From: Chrysemys picta bellii
Lineage: Eukaryota
NCBI RefSeq assembly: GCF_011386835.1
Contig: NC_088792.1
Location: forward strand, 82,522,001-82,586,000
Direction: 5' to 3'
Length of the DNA stretch: 64,000 nt
Shown here in pieces: positions 50,578-64,000 of the stretch. The translations under genes were made by a program, and so were the position numbers. A model generated the notes under the pieces. It was not told where the DNA came from. It searched no databases and worked only from the letters and a program-made list of their open reading frames with translations. Each line of letters starts with the position of its first letter. Positions within the stretch are counted from its first letter, which is position 1.

Positions 50578-52726
50578 ATAATGAATATGAAGATGCTTTT
50601 TTGATATAATCAGAAAGAAAAATTAGTATAAAAAGAAATATATCAACTGCACAGTCTTTCCAGAGAGTCAGAAATATGTCATGTGATCACAGTGGAATCA
50701 CATGATCATACAGAATACAATAGAGCTGGTCAAAAAAATTTAATAAAATGGGTATTTGGTCAAATATTATACATATCCAAACAAAATGTTTTGCAAAACA
50801 TCTTTTTTTATTTTAAACAATTTTTTGCGAACCCCCCCGCAATATTTCAGTATTTTCCAAAAAAAAATTCATTTTGAAATTGTGAGAGAATGCCCAGTTT
50901 GTCTAATACCCTCCTCACTCCCATAGAAAAGCGTGGGTTGGTGGGGAAAGGTAAAAACTCAGAAAAGGTAACTTTCATTTATTTAAAAAATGTGACTTTT
51001 CACTTTTTAAAGTGTTAACACAACAATGAAAATGTTGCTTTCACTGAGAAAATAAGGCTTTCACTTCTTTTTATTGTTTTTCCAATTGACAAAAGTTGGG
51101 AAAGAGTCACAGTCTAGAAAGTAGGTTCCCCACCCCCTCCACATTCTTAATTTTTATTACCATCCCATGAGGAAAAATTATTTCCCACGAGGAAAAATTC
51201 AAAATGGGGATTTTTCCATGAAAATTCCTATTTTCTAGCCAGTTCTGGAATACAGTAAGAACAGCACAAAAAAGGCTAATAAGTAATTAGTGCCCATACC
51301 TGGAAGCTACTGGGAACAGCTGGTCAGAATTTTTTGATGAAACATTTTTATGGTCAGAAGATGCCAGTTCACCAAAACTGAAACAGTTTTGCAGGAACAA
51401 GCCAGAGTCACTAAGGGCTAGGACTTGAACCTAGCACTCCCATATCCCAGGTGAATACCCTAACCACTGGGCTATTAGTGGAGTTTGGGTTTGCTTTTAG
51501 TCTTAAAAAAAAAAAAATCAATTGATCTGAGTTTTGTCCTGATGCAAAAGAGGGCAAAAAATTAAATATCAAAAAATTTTCCAAGACAGGAAAACCATTT
51601 TCCACCAAATTCTAGTTGGGAACACACAAGAAATTAAATCAGTGAAAACATGCACACGCTAACAAAGATATTTAGCTTTAAGCACGTGAGTACTTCCACT
51701 GAAGTCACCTTTGTAACAATAGAATAGTTATACCCCAAGGTCACAAAAGTACAGGCCATCAACTATTCTCAATGTGACACAGTAGCTTTTCTAAACAGAA
51801 GGATTGTTTTTTCCGCAAAGTCAACGGGATTTCTCACATGCTTACAGTTAAGCATTTGCAGGATCAGGACCTAACAATTACACACCTACACAAAACATCT
51901 CCCAGAGGATTATGATGAATCATTCTAATTAAACTGTTGAATTGTAATGTACAAGTGACTAACTCAAAAAAACAAAACCTCAAATTCTTAGCCTTCCATT
52001 GAATTCTTCTTGTTCCTTGCCACTCGGAAATTTTATTTATATCATCCTGAACACAAAATATGCTGAGACATTCTGTTTCAAAAACAAAATATTATGAATT
52101 TCTCCCAGGCTGCTGCGACATGCCCACTCAATGTTTTGGGACGTTGATGTATTTCTACACAGCAATAGCTGTTGGACAACTCTTATTTACATAACATTTC
52201 CACATTACCATACGTTTCCCAGCAAAGTCTCTGAGCGCTATTGAAAGAATGTGTATCCATCACCAGCTACATACAACTCCTCGTTACATATCAGTTATTA
52301 TATTAGATAAGTGTTTGTTGGTAGCTCAATATGTGACAAATTTCTAATGAGTTAGGATATGTCTACACAGCAATTAAAAACCCACAGCTGGCCCATACCA
52401 GCTGACTCAAGCTCATGAGGTTGGAAAGGGCAGGGGGCTGCAGAAAATTAACATAACTGAAAAAGAGGCTCCCTTTTAACAGCAACAAGACTGGTTTTGA
52501 GTAAAGGCCCTCATCTCTCTCGGCTTCCTAGAATCCAGGGGAGAGATATTAGGGTAATTCTTGATTACTTTGGCAGGGGAGAGGAGATCACTGGCTGTGT
52601 CCCAGACTAGATACTCTCTTGATTTTATCTTATCAATGGCTTGGTATTCTCTTGATGGCACGCCCCTGACCCCGGCACCCTGGGCGGTTGCTCACGTCGA
52701 CCACCCCTTCTGTCAGCCCTGATGTA

Positions 52727-53100
52727 TAAAGTCCTGTTTCCAGGAACACAGCAAGAATCAGACAACAAGAGACAATGTCTTTTATCACAGCTTCACGTTG
52801 CTTTCAGCCAGCACTCAGCCCCGAAAGCTCTCTCGCTAGGCTTTTCTCAGGACCATGCTCTCAGCGCATGTTCAGGCTGCAACAATACCCAGTGAAACTT
52901 CTCCAGCCACATACTTCAAATTCCTGAGTGGCCTCACATGTGCCTTTGTTCTGGGCAATATGGGCCTGTATTTTGGTTTGAGGCCCCTGTAGTTTCAGCT
53001 ACTTGGTTCCATAAAGGAACTTAATGGCTTCTTATGCCTTTCTTAAATGCTTACATGCCCCCATTTCAATAAGGGTTAATCTAAGCCAAAACTATATGAC
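52727..53100 (-). mobile_element. LTR 5' portion, same family as 9465-9958
   Basis: Minus strand starts tgtcatatag and shares gagagctttcggggctgagtgctggctg; truncated by a hAT-like segment (about 52410-52726). Confidence 0.55.
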
Positions 53101-54299
53101 AAGTCCAAGAGTCCTAGGCACCATTCACATGCACTAAGTTCACTTCATTTTTTTAAAAATCTTTTCTTTACTAGTGGTCTAAATAATCTATTTTCTTTTA
53201 TACAGACCCTGAGATTAAATAAATAACAGAAAAATAAATATTTTGAATAAAGCATGGGGTTTTTTGCATTGCAGATCTTGTTAAATGCTTTGCCCTATAA
53301 ACGTAAGAGAGGATCGTGATCTGTGCCTCTTGGTTGTTTTCTACAGCTGTACATGATTAGTAATTTAGTGCTTCAAAACCTGAAGTGCTTCACAAAACCT
53401 TGTTTGAATCAGTCCCTCACTGAAGCACTCATAAAATGCAAAGCGCCTTAATCATTTGAAATTGCCATACCCAGTGCAGACCCAGAATCCAATAGCTTCT
53501 AAAAAAAGATTCAGGTGCTCTTAAAAATCTGAAGCAGCCTGTTAATTTTAAATTCCTCTTCACTACATGTGCCCATGAATCCTGATCTTTGAACCCATCT
53601 CTAAATCAAAGCAGTTTTTATTGCAGAATTATTGGAGGAACCTCTATAACATAACAGTCTAGTACTAGTCAAACCACTGCCAGCAAATCACATTTAATGT
53701 TTTCACGAGTTAAAAAAATAAATGTGCGCACGCACACATATCTATATCAAAAGAAGCTTTCTTCCCTTCTCTTTTTATAGAAACTACACACCAAAAAAGT
53801 AAAACAAGTACACTAGTATCCTTTATATGAATTACGGGACTGTTGGTGTGAACACTTCCTTTGACAAAAGGTACTGTATTTTTGTCTCAATTATATTAGC
53901 ATTATTATTTATTGGCTTATAATTATTTATATTGCAATGGCACCTGGAAGCCCCCTTCAGGGAACAGGGTCCCATTGTGCTAGGCACTGAACACCGACAC
54001 AACAAAGAAAATGTGTTTCCTGTCCCAAAGAGCTTACAGTCTTAAGAATGTTATAAAACACACACCGAGATGCAGAACAATCTGAACACAACACACACTA
54101 CCTTGAACAAAAATCACCCTAGGGAAAGGAATGTTTTAAGTATGACCTTGTGTGAATGTTTTTTTTAGAATAAACCTCCAATTCTGCAATTCATAGTTAA
54201 GTGCCTGAATATGGATTTAGGAGCCTCACTTTAGGCACTGAGGTTTGAAAGTTTTGCGTACAAGTGACCATAGAGAACATAGTACTGCATTTCCCACAT

Positions 54300-54850
54300 C
54301 TAGCACCCACTCTTCCTACCGAGCTCTCGTTCCTTTCTTGGTGGTGGTGATGTACCTTCTGATGCCCTTCCTTTAAGCTACATGACTTTAGCTTCCTGCA
54401 GTGCATTTTTTTGCCCTCTCAGAACAAGTGTGAGCAGGTTTGATTATATTAACTTGTCTTAAGTGACCACACTTTCCATTCTGTAATTTGTCAATAACAC
54501 GTCTCTTCACATGCCCCTCTGCACCATACACTTCACACCTACTACTCTCATAGCATATTTCTCTCTCTATACGTCTATCTGTGAACTTTTTATTCTTCAG
54601 TATGTTCCACAGTGTGGCAATTTCATTTACTATATTAACAATCACATTCTTAAAGTGCTCAACCGCCTGTCTTCAGCAATAGTTATGGCCATTTGTCAAC
54701 CATCACCAACATTTGCCATTCATTGGCATCAGAGATACCACAGTCCCTTATATGGAGAGGGGGGAAAGCGATAGCAACTATTGACACAAAACTTGACTTT
54801 TCAATAGTGGTCACTGTATGTAACTATGGCCGCTGGAAATTTTCTCTGTC
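54300..54850 (-). mobile_element. Highly decayed RTE-clade LINE fragment (post-RT region)
   Basis: Minus ORF ...LWNILKNKK...CY...YGAE...IDKLQ matches the RTE pattern 'L.NILKNKK...R..CY...LYGAE.W...I.KL'. Confidence 0.55.
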
Positions 54851-56012
54851 AGCAGAGCACCAAATCTTCTTCTACTTCATATAGGCATCTGCAGTGTCTC
54901 AGTTCCTTAACCCTGTACAAAAACTTAAAATGAAAGGTGGGCACAACATAAAAAAAATATGAAGGCACACAGTAAATTCTCTGCTCCCTTCACATATAAT
55001 CAACAGCTGTAACCCAATTAATCTGCAGTTCATAGAAGACTTCAACACAAAAGTACACTGCTCTTTAGACACAGCTGCGCATCCAGCTCTACCTGGAATC
55101 TTCAGAAAACCAACAATGATACAATGAAACAAAATAAAATCAACCCACATCAGCTGTAACCCAGTTATGTGAAGAACAGCACATGGTTGTTGATAAAGGA
55201 ATAGCAGATACACAAATATATCTATGGAACAATTTTGTGCAGACTTTTGGGATTTTAGCACAGCAATAAAATATTTCTACATGTAAAATTATCAGTTAAT
55301 CAACATGACAATTTCTCTGGTTCTCAGTTTTGTCTTCCAGACAATAAACTCATGACTACCCACAAATTAACTGTTGACTCCCAACCAACAGAAAATACCG
55401 ACAGCTCTCTGAAACCAGGAAGTGGGAAACACACTTTTCTTTTCTTACGGGTGTGCCTTTTGGTTGCCAACATTAAAGTCTCCTAGAACAATATTTCTAT
55501 AACTCCAGAGTAGGTGAAAGAAAAAGTTCTCCATTTTAATAAACTCACATAATTGAGACAACTGTACTTTGTGACCCTGAGGCCACACAGACTAACCACC
55601 ATCTGTCAGACAATTGAAATCAATGGGAACAGGCCATAGTTGCTTCATATCAACATCATCACTGATGATTTCTAAAATGTAAAATCTTCAGCATATTTAT
55701 ATTTATGTGGTCTGTGGGTGAATGTGCTTCATTTTAAATACTTCAGTTAGACAGCTTATTGTATTCCTATTTGTAATGTTTACATTTGGCATGCCTCCAT
55801 TTGGATGGCAAGGTAATAATCAGAGCCAAATGTGAATGGCTTTTTATGACTGAATTCATCCATAAAGCTCTTTTATATGCATACTGTAGTATTCGGGGGG
55901 GGGGGGGGAACTGCCTTAGAAAGTCAGGAAATCACTGTGTTAAGATTACACACAACCCTAACTCAAACCACTGTTGTATGTGCATTACAATACAGCCTCT
56001 GATGACTAAAAT

Positions 56013-57665
56013 TAGGGCTGTCGATTAATCACAGTTAACTCACGTGATTAACTCAAAAAAATTAATCGCAATTAATCGCACTGTCAAAGAATAGAATACC
56101 AATTGAAATTTGTTAAATATTTTTGGATGTTTTTCTACATTTTCAAATATATTGATTTCTATTACAACACAGAATACAAAGTGTACAGAGCTCGATATTT
56201 TTTATTACAAATATATGTACGGTAAAAATGATAAGCAAAAGAAATAGTATTTTTCAATTCACCTTATACAAGTACTGTTATCGTGAAAGTGTAATTTACA
56301 AAGTAGGATTTTTTTTTGTTACACTAATTGCACTCCAAAACAAAACAGTGTAGAATGTTAGAGCTTACAAGTCCACTCAGTCCTACTTCTTGTTCAGCCA
56401 ATCGCTAAGACAAACAAATTTGTTTACATTTATGGGAGATATTGCTGCCTGCTTCTTATTTATAATGTCACCAGAAAGTGAGAACAGGCGTTCGCATGAC
56501 ACTTTTGTAGCCAGCATGGCAAGGTATTTACGTGCCAGCTATGCTAAACATTTGTATGCCCCTTCATGCTTTGGCCACCGTTCCAGAGGACATGCTTCCA
56601 TGCTGATGATGCTTGTTAAAAAATAATGCATTAATTAAATTTGTGACTGAACTCCTTGAGGGAGAATAGTATGTCTCCTGTTCGGTTTTACCCGCATTCT
56701 GCCATACATTTCATGTTATAGAAGTCTCGGATGATGACCCAGGACATGTTGTTCGTTTTAAGAACACTTTCACAGCAAATCTGACAAAACGCAAAGAAGG
56801 TACCAATGTAGGATTTCTAAAAATAGCTACAGCATTTGACCCAAGGTTTAAGAATCTGAAGTGCTGCCCAAAATCAGAGGGACGAGGTGTGGAGCATGCT
56901 TCCAGACGTCTTAAAAGAGCAACACTCTGATGCGGAAACTACAGAACCCAAACCACCAAAAAAGAAAAAGAACCTTCTGCTGGTGGCATCTGACTCAGAC
57001 GATGAAAATGAACATGTCGGTCCGCTCTGCTTTGGATCGTTATTGAGCAGAACCCATCATCAGCATGGACGCATGTCCCCTGGAATGGTGGTTGAAGCAT
57101 GAAGGGACATATGAATCTTTAGCGGATCTGGCACGTAAATATCTTGCGACGCTGGCTACAACAGTGCCATGCAAATGTCTGTTTTCACTTTCAGGTGACA
57201 TTGTAAACAAGAAGCAGGCATTATCTCCTGCAAATTGTAACCAAACTTGTTTGTCTGAGCGATTGGCTGAAGTAGGACTGAGTGGACTTGTAGATTTTAC
57301 ATTGTTTTATTTTTGAATGCAGTTATTTTTTGTACATAATTCTACATTTGTAAGTTCAACTTTCATGATAAAGAGATTGCACTACAGTACTTGTATTAGG
57401 TGAATTGAAAAATACTATTTCTTTTCTTTTTTTACAGTGCAAATATTTGTAATTAAAAATAAATATAAAGTGAGCATTATATACTTTGTATTCTCTGTTG
57501 TAATTGAAATCAACGCATTTTAAAATGTAGAAACCACCCAAAAATATTTAAATAAATGGTATTCTTATTGTTTAACAACACGATTAATCACACGATTAAT
57601 CGCAATTAATTTTTTTAACCATGTGATTAATCACGATTAATTTTTTTAATCGCTTGACAGCCCTA
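56013..57665 (+). mobile_element. hAT transposon deletion derivative retaining the transposase C-terminus
   Basis: TIRs tagggctgtcgattaa / ttaatcgcttgacagcccta; subterminal gattaa/ttaatc repeats; ORF 57065 CPLEWWLKHEGTYESLADLARKYLATLATTVPCKCLFSLSG is the hATC dimerisation domain. Confidence 0.93.
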
Positions 57666-57779
57666 TTTTAAAAAACTGCAATATAATATCATGCAGCAGC
57701 CCTTTCTTAGGTACTGCACACCTTATACACTTCACAGGGACTCTCCTCTCAAACCCTTTGATCTTCAGATGTCCCCTTT

Positions 57780-58255
57780 AATCTCCTTGTTCTATATAAG
57801 GTCCACAGAAGCCCTCAATATATTTGACCAAACTTTTCACTAAGAAGATAACCTATCCATACATGAATATACAAGTCCACTCTACTGTGCACTTTACAAA
57901 CTTCCCATGCGTAGGACAAACTCCCTAACACAATTTGTAAAGCTGTTGCCTTAATCACTTTTAAATCTCTCCTAAACATCTACCTCTACCAAGACTATGA
58001 CCTACTTCTGTTCCGTTTGACACGGGCTAGGCAAGTGGAGAACTGTGACTTCTGCTTTTCTGCTAAAGTCTCTATCTTATTGATACTCATGCTTTCACAA
58101 CCCAGCCCTCCTCCATTGTCTGTTTCATCCACATGTTGTTACAACAGGTCTCGTATGTAGACTGTGATCTCTTGGGCAGAGGATGTCATCTTTGTTATTT
58201 GCCTGTGTAGTGCCTAGCACAATGGACACATTGTACAAATAATAAATAACAATAC
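57780..58255 (+). mobile_element. L2 LINE 3' region
   Basis: ...ttttaaatctctcctaaac... and ...tagactgtgatctcttgggcagagg...gtgcctagcacaatg...aataataaataac. Confidence 0.65.
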
Positions 58256-60199
58256 CAGGTAAAAAAATGTGGATTTTTTTTTTTTTTTTTTTTTGCTGGT
58301 TATGTGGTTCTTCAAAGAATTATTGTTTAGTCAAGATCAATTTCCTTCAGAACACTGCTACTTAATGAGTGCTCTTTCCATGCAAAAAATCTCGCCATTC
58401 ATATTTAAGCCATTCAGCTGCAGAGTTGTTAAAGAAGATGATAAAATATTTTTTATAAATCACTGACGTGTATCTTTTCCATTGGTCTCACTGTCACAAA
58501 ACAGCTAAATGTTTTTTCCACAAATGTTCCCCAAAATAATTCACTGTATAGCAGAAACCAAGCATGGCACATTTCATCCCAAAAGGTGAAATTCTAAAAG
58601 TTACAAATGGCTGAAAACAGGAGATTGGAATGAAAACAATTATTGAACCTTAACTTCAATTAACTACTGTATATTTGTTACTACTCCCAAAATTGCTTTT
58701 GATTGTGGAGAACCAGGTAAACAAAACTGATGAGGAGAATCATGGTTGGGAAAACAGCCAATATCTACCACTATTGACTCTATATCTTAACTGATGCTAT
58801 GAATGACAGCATCCATGGTTCATGGTGATTAACTTGTATTGGTGTATATGGAGCTTATATAGGCAAGATATTCTGTGCACAATAGTCTATTTTCATATAG
58901 GACAGAGGTGAAGAAAACAAATACAAAAAAGAGAATACAACAAAAATAAATGTGTGGAAAAAGAGGCAGAAGGATAAAAGTATGCACTCAGAGTGAAAAT
59001 AAATTCAGTACCAACAAAACCTAGAACAAATATGAAAGAAAATAAATAAATAGACAATTATTTAATTCAGTTGTATGAATGTAACCAAATAAGCAAAGAA
59101 ACTATTTAGTAATGGAAGAATGTGTACACAAAGAAAAGTAGCTTGACATAACCAAAACAAAACTGGGCATTAAATGGGGAGACTGATAATGCAGGAGGGA
59201 GATTGCTTAGGAGAAGACCTGGTAAAACATTGTCATCTGAAATTTTTCTCTGAAAAAAAGGGATACATTTGGTGTGAAAAAGGTTCCAGTTTTTCAACCA
59301 GCTGTACTTAGAAGTTAGAGACACAAATTAAAAAAACCCCACCAGAGTTAGCATGGGCTGTCAGCATGATCGAAAGTAATGAACACAGGTCCAGAGTCAG
59401 AAACACCTGAGCTGATTCCAACTGTTGCAAACACTCACTTGGTTGGCATGGAGCAAATCCTGAATCAAGACAGATTTTGCAAGGGGGGGGAGGAGAGGGA
59501 GGAACTGTTTGCTGCTCACCAGCACTACACACAATTTGAATTGAAAATGGGTTTTTTGAGAGGATTTTGGGTGGGTGGCAAAATTGGGCTTTCAACAGAT
59601 AGCAAGTCTCAACCTTTACTATGGATATGGAGAGCAGTAACACTGCAGAGACTATTACAGCCTTCCCTATGTAAAAATATAAGGAAGGCTAATGCAGTAA
59701 ATAAAAAGATAAACAGTAAGAAATTACTACAGTATCTTACATATGTGTATTACATAAAGTGAACATGGAACAAACACCTAGTCAACCACTCTGCAAGCCT
59801 GTTTATAAAGGAGTGAGAGAAAAAATATGAAGTTGAGATTACCAAGCACCTGTACTGAATTTGCTGCCTCACTATTCACAGAGGAAGCAGAAAGTCCCAT
59901 CTCCTTAGAGACTGGGCTGCATTGTCCCTGTGTGCGAGAAGAGTTTGGAGGATAAGAAACACCAAAATGCTGCTTTGAAAAGCAGCAACACAAAAGCTGA
60001 GCAACAAAAGCTAAAGTGACAAAGGGGTTAACAAGACTTGCCTGAGATAATTTCACTTGTGCCAGTCAGACTGCTTGCAGGAGTGATGTGCACCTGATAC
60101 TCTACCTCATCTGTGGATTTCCACAGAGACCCATCTTTTTTCCCACCATTAGGCAGTCTTTAAGGGGAGAGATTGTGAAATGGCATAGCCTAACAATAT

Positions 60200-60400
60200 C
60201 TGTCTTTTATAGAGTGCCTTTCATCTGTCTATCTCAAGGTGCCTTACAAATTAAATATTATTCCCATTTTACACATAGGGAAACTGTAAACAGGGGGTGA
60301 CATGACTAACACAAGATCACCCAGCAAAGCAGTGGCAGAGCCAGGAACAGAACCCAGGTCTTCTAAGTCCTAGTCCAGTACCTTATTCACTAGGCCACAT
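60200..60400 (-). mobile_element. MIR-type SINE
   Basis: attattcccattttacacatagggaaactg...gtggcagagccaggaacagaacccaggtct. Confidence 0.75.
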
Positions 60401-61898
60401 TGACCCCCCTATCAGCCATAGGCAGGCTGGTACCCAGCTCTTTGTCACCTTCAGATCAGATGCAAATATTGCCTTCTCCCCCTACCCCAGGGCCTGGCTA
60501 AGATCAGCATCTAGATGGAAAGCAGCTGACAGAATCCTGAAGACTAAAGAAACAAAACAAAAACAAAACTTGCCACGTCTATATCACCTTCTATTGAGGG
60601 TATCTGCCCTCAAAGCATTAAACCTTAGCGCTCACCTGTATTCTTCACTGCTTCTAGACACACAAATAGCCACAGTCATAAAAAAGATGCTTTCCTGTGG
60701 TTGACGCAAAGACTGATCCCTCCTGTCAGATTCTGATTAGTCATGGTGATTCATACACTCATGAACTACAGGTTGCAAGATTAATTATCTTTGCCTACAA
60801 ATGAATTATCTTTGCCGGTGATCTAAAAAAACACCCAGCTCCACTTGGTTCAGAGCACAGCAGCCCATCTGCTCAGCAATACAGGCCACCAAGAGTACAT
60901 TACCCTGGTGCTCTGCTCTCTTCAGTGACTCCCTGTGGAATGCCAAGATTTCGGACTGAATTTTGAAAGCCTTCCCTTGGCCCAAGTTACTTGGAGCCAG
61001 GGCCACTTCACTCTGCCTTATTTTGACCTCCCACTAGAATAATGGAATTGTCTACCCCACGCGTCAGATTTGTATGGGAAGAAGACAGAACTTTCACAGC
61101 TACTGGCCCATGAATCTGGAAATCACTTCTCAGAGTAAAATGCAAAACCCACTTCTCTGACCTAACCTTCTCAAGAAAACATAAAAAATAATTATCAAAT
61201 AAAAACAAAGTCCAGCCACTGCTGGCTGCAGGGAAGAAAGAGGCAAGTAGATGTTTGTGTGTTTGTTTTTCAGTTTGGCAATGTGCTCAGATACCATGTG
61301 TTCCATGTAGAAATCTACATAGATTAGTCTGGATTAGGCTAGGCTATGCACAGGGAGAAGATCAAGTAAATCCCAACAGTAAAATAGGAAAGCTCTTGTC
61401 CAACGCATTGATAGCTGTATAAAGAGAAAGCATTAAGACCAATACAAAGAATGGTAGAGTGACGGATTTAATAAAAGTATCAAGGAAGGAACTAGGCAGC
61501 TACAGAGCCATGAACAAGACTAAATGTGGGAAAGGCACTAAGCAGTATAATGCAGCATTGGGATTTACCATAAGGACAATGACCTTAGATAAACAAATGA
61601 AAGATGATACAACATAGTACAAGTCTGCTTACCTATTCCTTGAATATTGACTAGGTTGACAAAAAGTTCCAAGTATATATAGTCCCTGCAGACTATGAAA
61701 TATGTGTCTACAAAGCAAATAAGCATGGTATAGAGGGGAAAGCTACTAAAACGTGATTTAAAATTAGCAAATAGCAGTGTCAGTAAATGAGAACTGTTCA
61801 GATGATCAACGGGATACAAACTGAAGAGGGAGTAGGGGGAATTAGGGCTACTGAAACTACTCCAGTTAGTAGGCTAGGGAAACCATACAAGCACCAAA

Positions 61899-62273
61899 AG
61901 TTACATCTACACTTACAGCAGAGTGTAGAGTACAGACACTACATGCCCAGCTAGCATGGGTATAAAGAGCAGTGGAGTCAGTAAGGCACATGAGTGAGTA
62001 GAGTGGAACCGAGTGTCCTACATGCCTGAGCCCTACGGTGTATACACTACACGGCTTTCTACATGCCGAAGCAGTGCTTCCCACATCTACACCGCTGCCT
62101 TCCTCTTACCAGAGCCTTTCATTGCCGTGTGTAGCTATGTAACCCACACGTGTGTGGGTTACATAGCTACACACTGCAATGACAAGTGTGGACGCAGCGT
62201 GCCTTTCACTGTGGCATGTAGCTACAAGTGTACTGCTCGTACTTTACACACCACCGTAAGTGCAGACAAGGCC
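61899..62273. mobile_element. PIF/Harbinger-type MITE with internal palindrome
   Basis: TIR-like ends agttacatctacacttac / gtaagtgcagacaaggcc followed by TAA. Confidence 0.75.
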
Positions 62274-62596
62274 TAAGGTAGAGTGTATGGGGGGAGGGGA
62301 GGTCTGCCCACTCAAATGAATTTAGGGTAAATATGGTAGGTGCAGCAATCATTATAATGTCTCCCAAAAGAAGATGTGTATACCCATAGATAAACAGTAC
62401 AACAGACTTTGCACTGATTGATGACATTACAAAAAGTTTTGCTTCAACAGTCAATTCTACACTAGCTAAGCATAAAATCTTGTGAGGCATGTTATATTAA
62501 AATAAATCATTTCCGCAAACATTCAGAAAATGAGTTTCATCTTTTTCTCTTTTTTTTTTTTCTTTTAAAGGGTAAATACCATGATAAAATGAGGAT

Positions 62597-63387
62597 TGTA
62601 GTGGGGCGGCTGCCTCACTCCTGGAGAATTTAGGCTTCAGCAGGCCAGTAGGCCTGTGCAGATGGGCAGCCAATCAGAGAAGGGCTTATTGGGAGCCAAT
62701 CAGAGCCCAGATTGGAGGCAGGGCCCTATAAAAAGGCTGCTCAGGAAGGAGAGTCAGTCTGTCCCAGGCCTTTGAGAGGGGAAGGTCTGTCTCCAGAGCA
62801 GGGAGACTAACACCTGGGACAGCGCAGCGCTGGGCAAGCCTGGGGGAGCAGGAGGGAATTCCAGCCCGGTGTCTGCCAGACTGTAGGCCCAGAGGGGAAG
62901 GCCTAGCCGGTGCAAGAGGCTGAAGGGGAAGTGGCCAGGGACGTGGACAGACGGAGGGAAGAGAAGGACGACAGCGAGACTGCTGCCAGAGGGCCCCTGG
63001 GCCGGGATCCAGAGTAGAGGGCGGGCCTGGAACCCCTCCCTTTCCCCCTTGCAGTACACCCAGCCATCAGCCGTAGGGAGCGGCCATTATAGACTACGCC
63101 AGATACCTGACAAGAGGGATTAGACGTTGGGGGTGTGATTGACCACGGTGGCTGGAGCGCAGAGAAGGACTGCTGATAATACCAGATCCCCGGAAGGGGG
63201 TGAGACCGGAGCAGTGGGCACTGCCGGAGGGATGCCGCTGAGCAGGAAGCAATGCGGGTCCAGACAACAACAAAGGAGCAGAGGACGGATGGGACACCAC
63301 CAGCGGCGGGAGCCCCACCAAGGACTGAGCTAATTCCCAGCGCGACCAGTGGGAGGAGTCATGATGCTAAGTCCCAACACCGTGACA
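62597..63387 (+). mobile_element. Complete 791-bp solo LTR
   Basis: TG...CA; two CCAAT boxes; TATAAAA 62727-33; 5-bp TSD AGGAT/GGGAT (1 mismatch). Confidence 0.85.
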
Positions 63388-64000
63388 GGGATTATAAAAT
63401 TTATCCTCACAACAGAATGTTATCTGCCTTAAAAAACATGTATACCTTCTTTCACAAGTTTGGGATAATAACCCTGAAGTTCACAATCCATTGTTGCATA
63501 TTTCACATTATTGCACCATGTAGTTTAAGATGTACTTCTAACGTAGTTATACTTAAGCTTTACAAACAGTGGACTGTATTTCTTTGAATTCATAAACAAA
63601 GAATCAATAGATTATTGGAGCTGCCACTGTATTTTCTGGTTCCTGACAGCCATTGATCACACATTTTACCCTCTTTAACCTGCAAACTTCACAGTTCAAC
63701 TAAAGTCAAACTCAGTGACTGATAGAGACCAATCAGGCCAGATTATCTCAATAGACTGTATGCAGCACAGACTCTGCATAGTGCTCTGAACTCTCCTGAA
63801 CAGGTAGCATTTTTGTGGACAGTACAATAGGTTAAAAAAGCAGTAGGAATCACAATTCCAGGATGTTACTGAGACCAGTCCTTAGATTCACAGTTCCAAA
63901 CACACGACATATGAAAGGATGCCCGTGGGGAGGCTGCATTAAGGGACTGATCTAGAGAGAACACTTTAGTTAGTGTTGCAGACTGTGAGCTAATGGGCAG

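Noticed and set aside
56005-57673. TSD for the large hAT element
   Set aside because: The flanks (actaaaat / ttttaaaa) do not match, so no TSD is claimed.

Overview
This is vertebrate non-coding DNA, almost certainly from a turtle: it carries tRNA-head/CR1-tail turtle SINEs plus CR1, L2, RTE, Penelope, hAT, Tigger-like and Harbinger-like elements and LTRs typical of Testudines. That assignment comes from my recognition of repeat families, not from a database search. I found no protein-coding gene that I can identify, and no RNA gene or CRISPR array. Most listed ORFs fall in decayed transposons or look like chance. The window reads as a large intron or gene desert with a few splice-signal-flanked micro-exon candidates and one strong CTCF-like site. 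The standout is an internally deleted provirus at 40581-43299. It has TG...CA ends, a perfect 5-bp target duplication (AACAC), a tRNA-His primer-binding site and a second LTR nested in its 5' LTR. Its gag-like interior shows a 5'->3' graded loss of GA dinucleotides with A enrichment, which looks like cytidine-deaminase G-to-A hypermutation in a lineage that has no APOBEC3. Several nested insertions with exact target-site duplications and a triplication-plus-inversion inside a MITE are also visible. There is a 128-N assembly gap at 30586-30713. All counts are hand counts.
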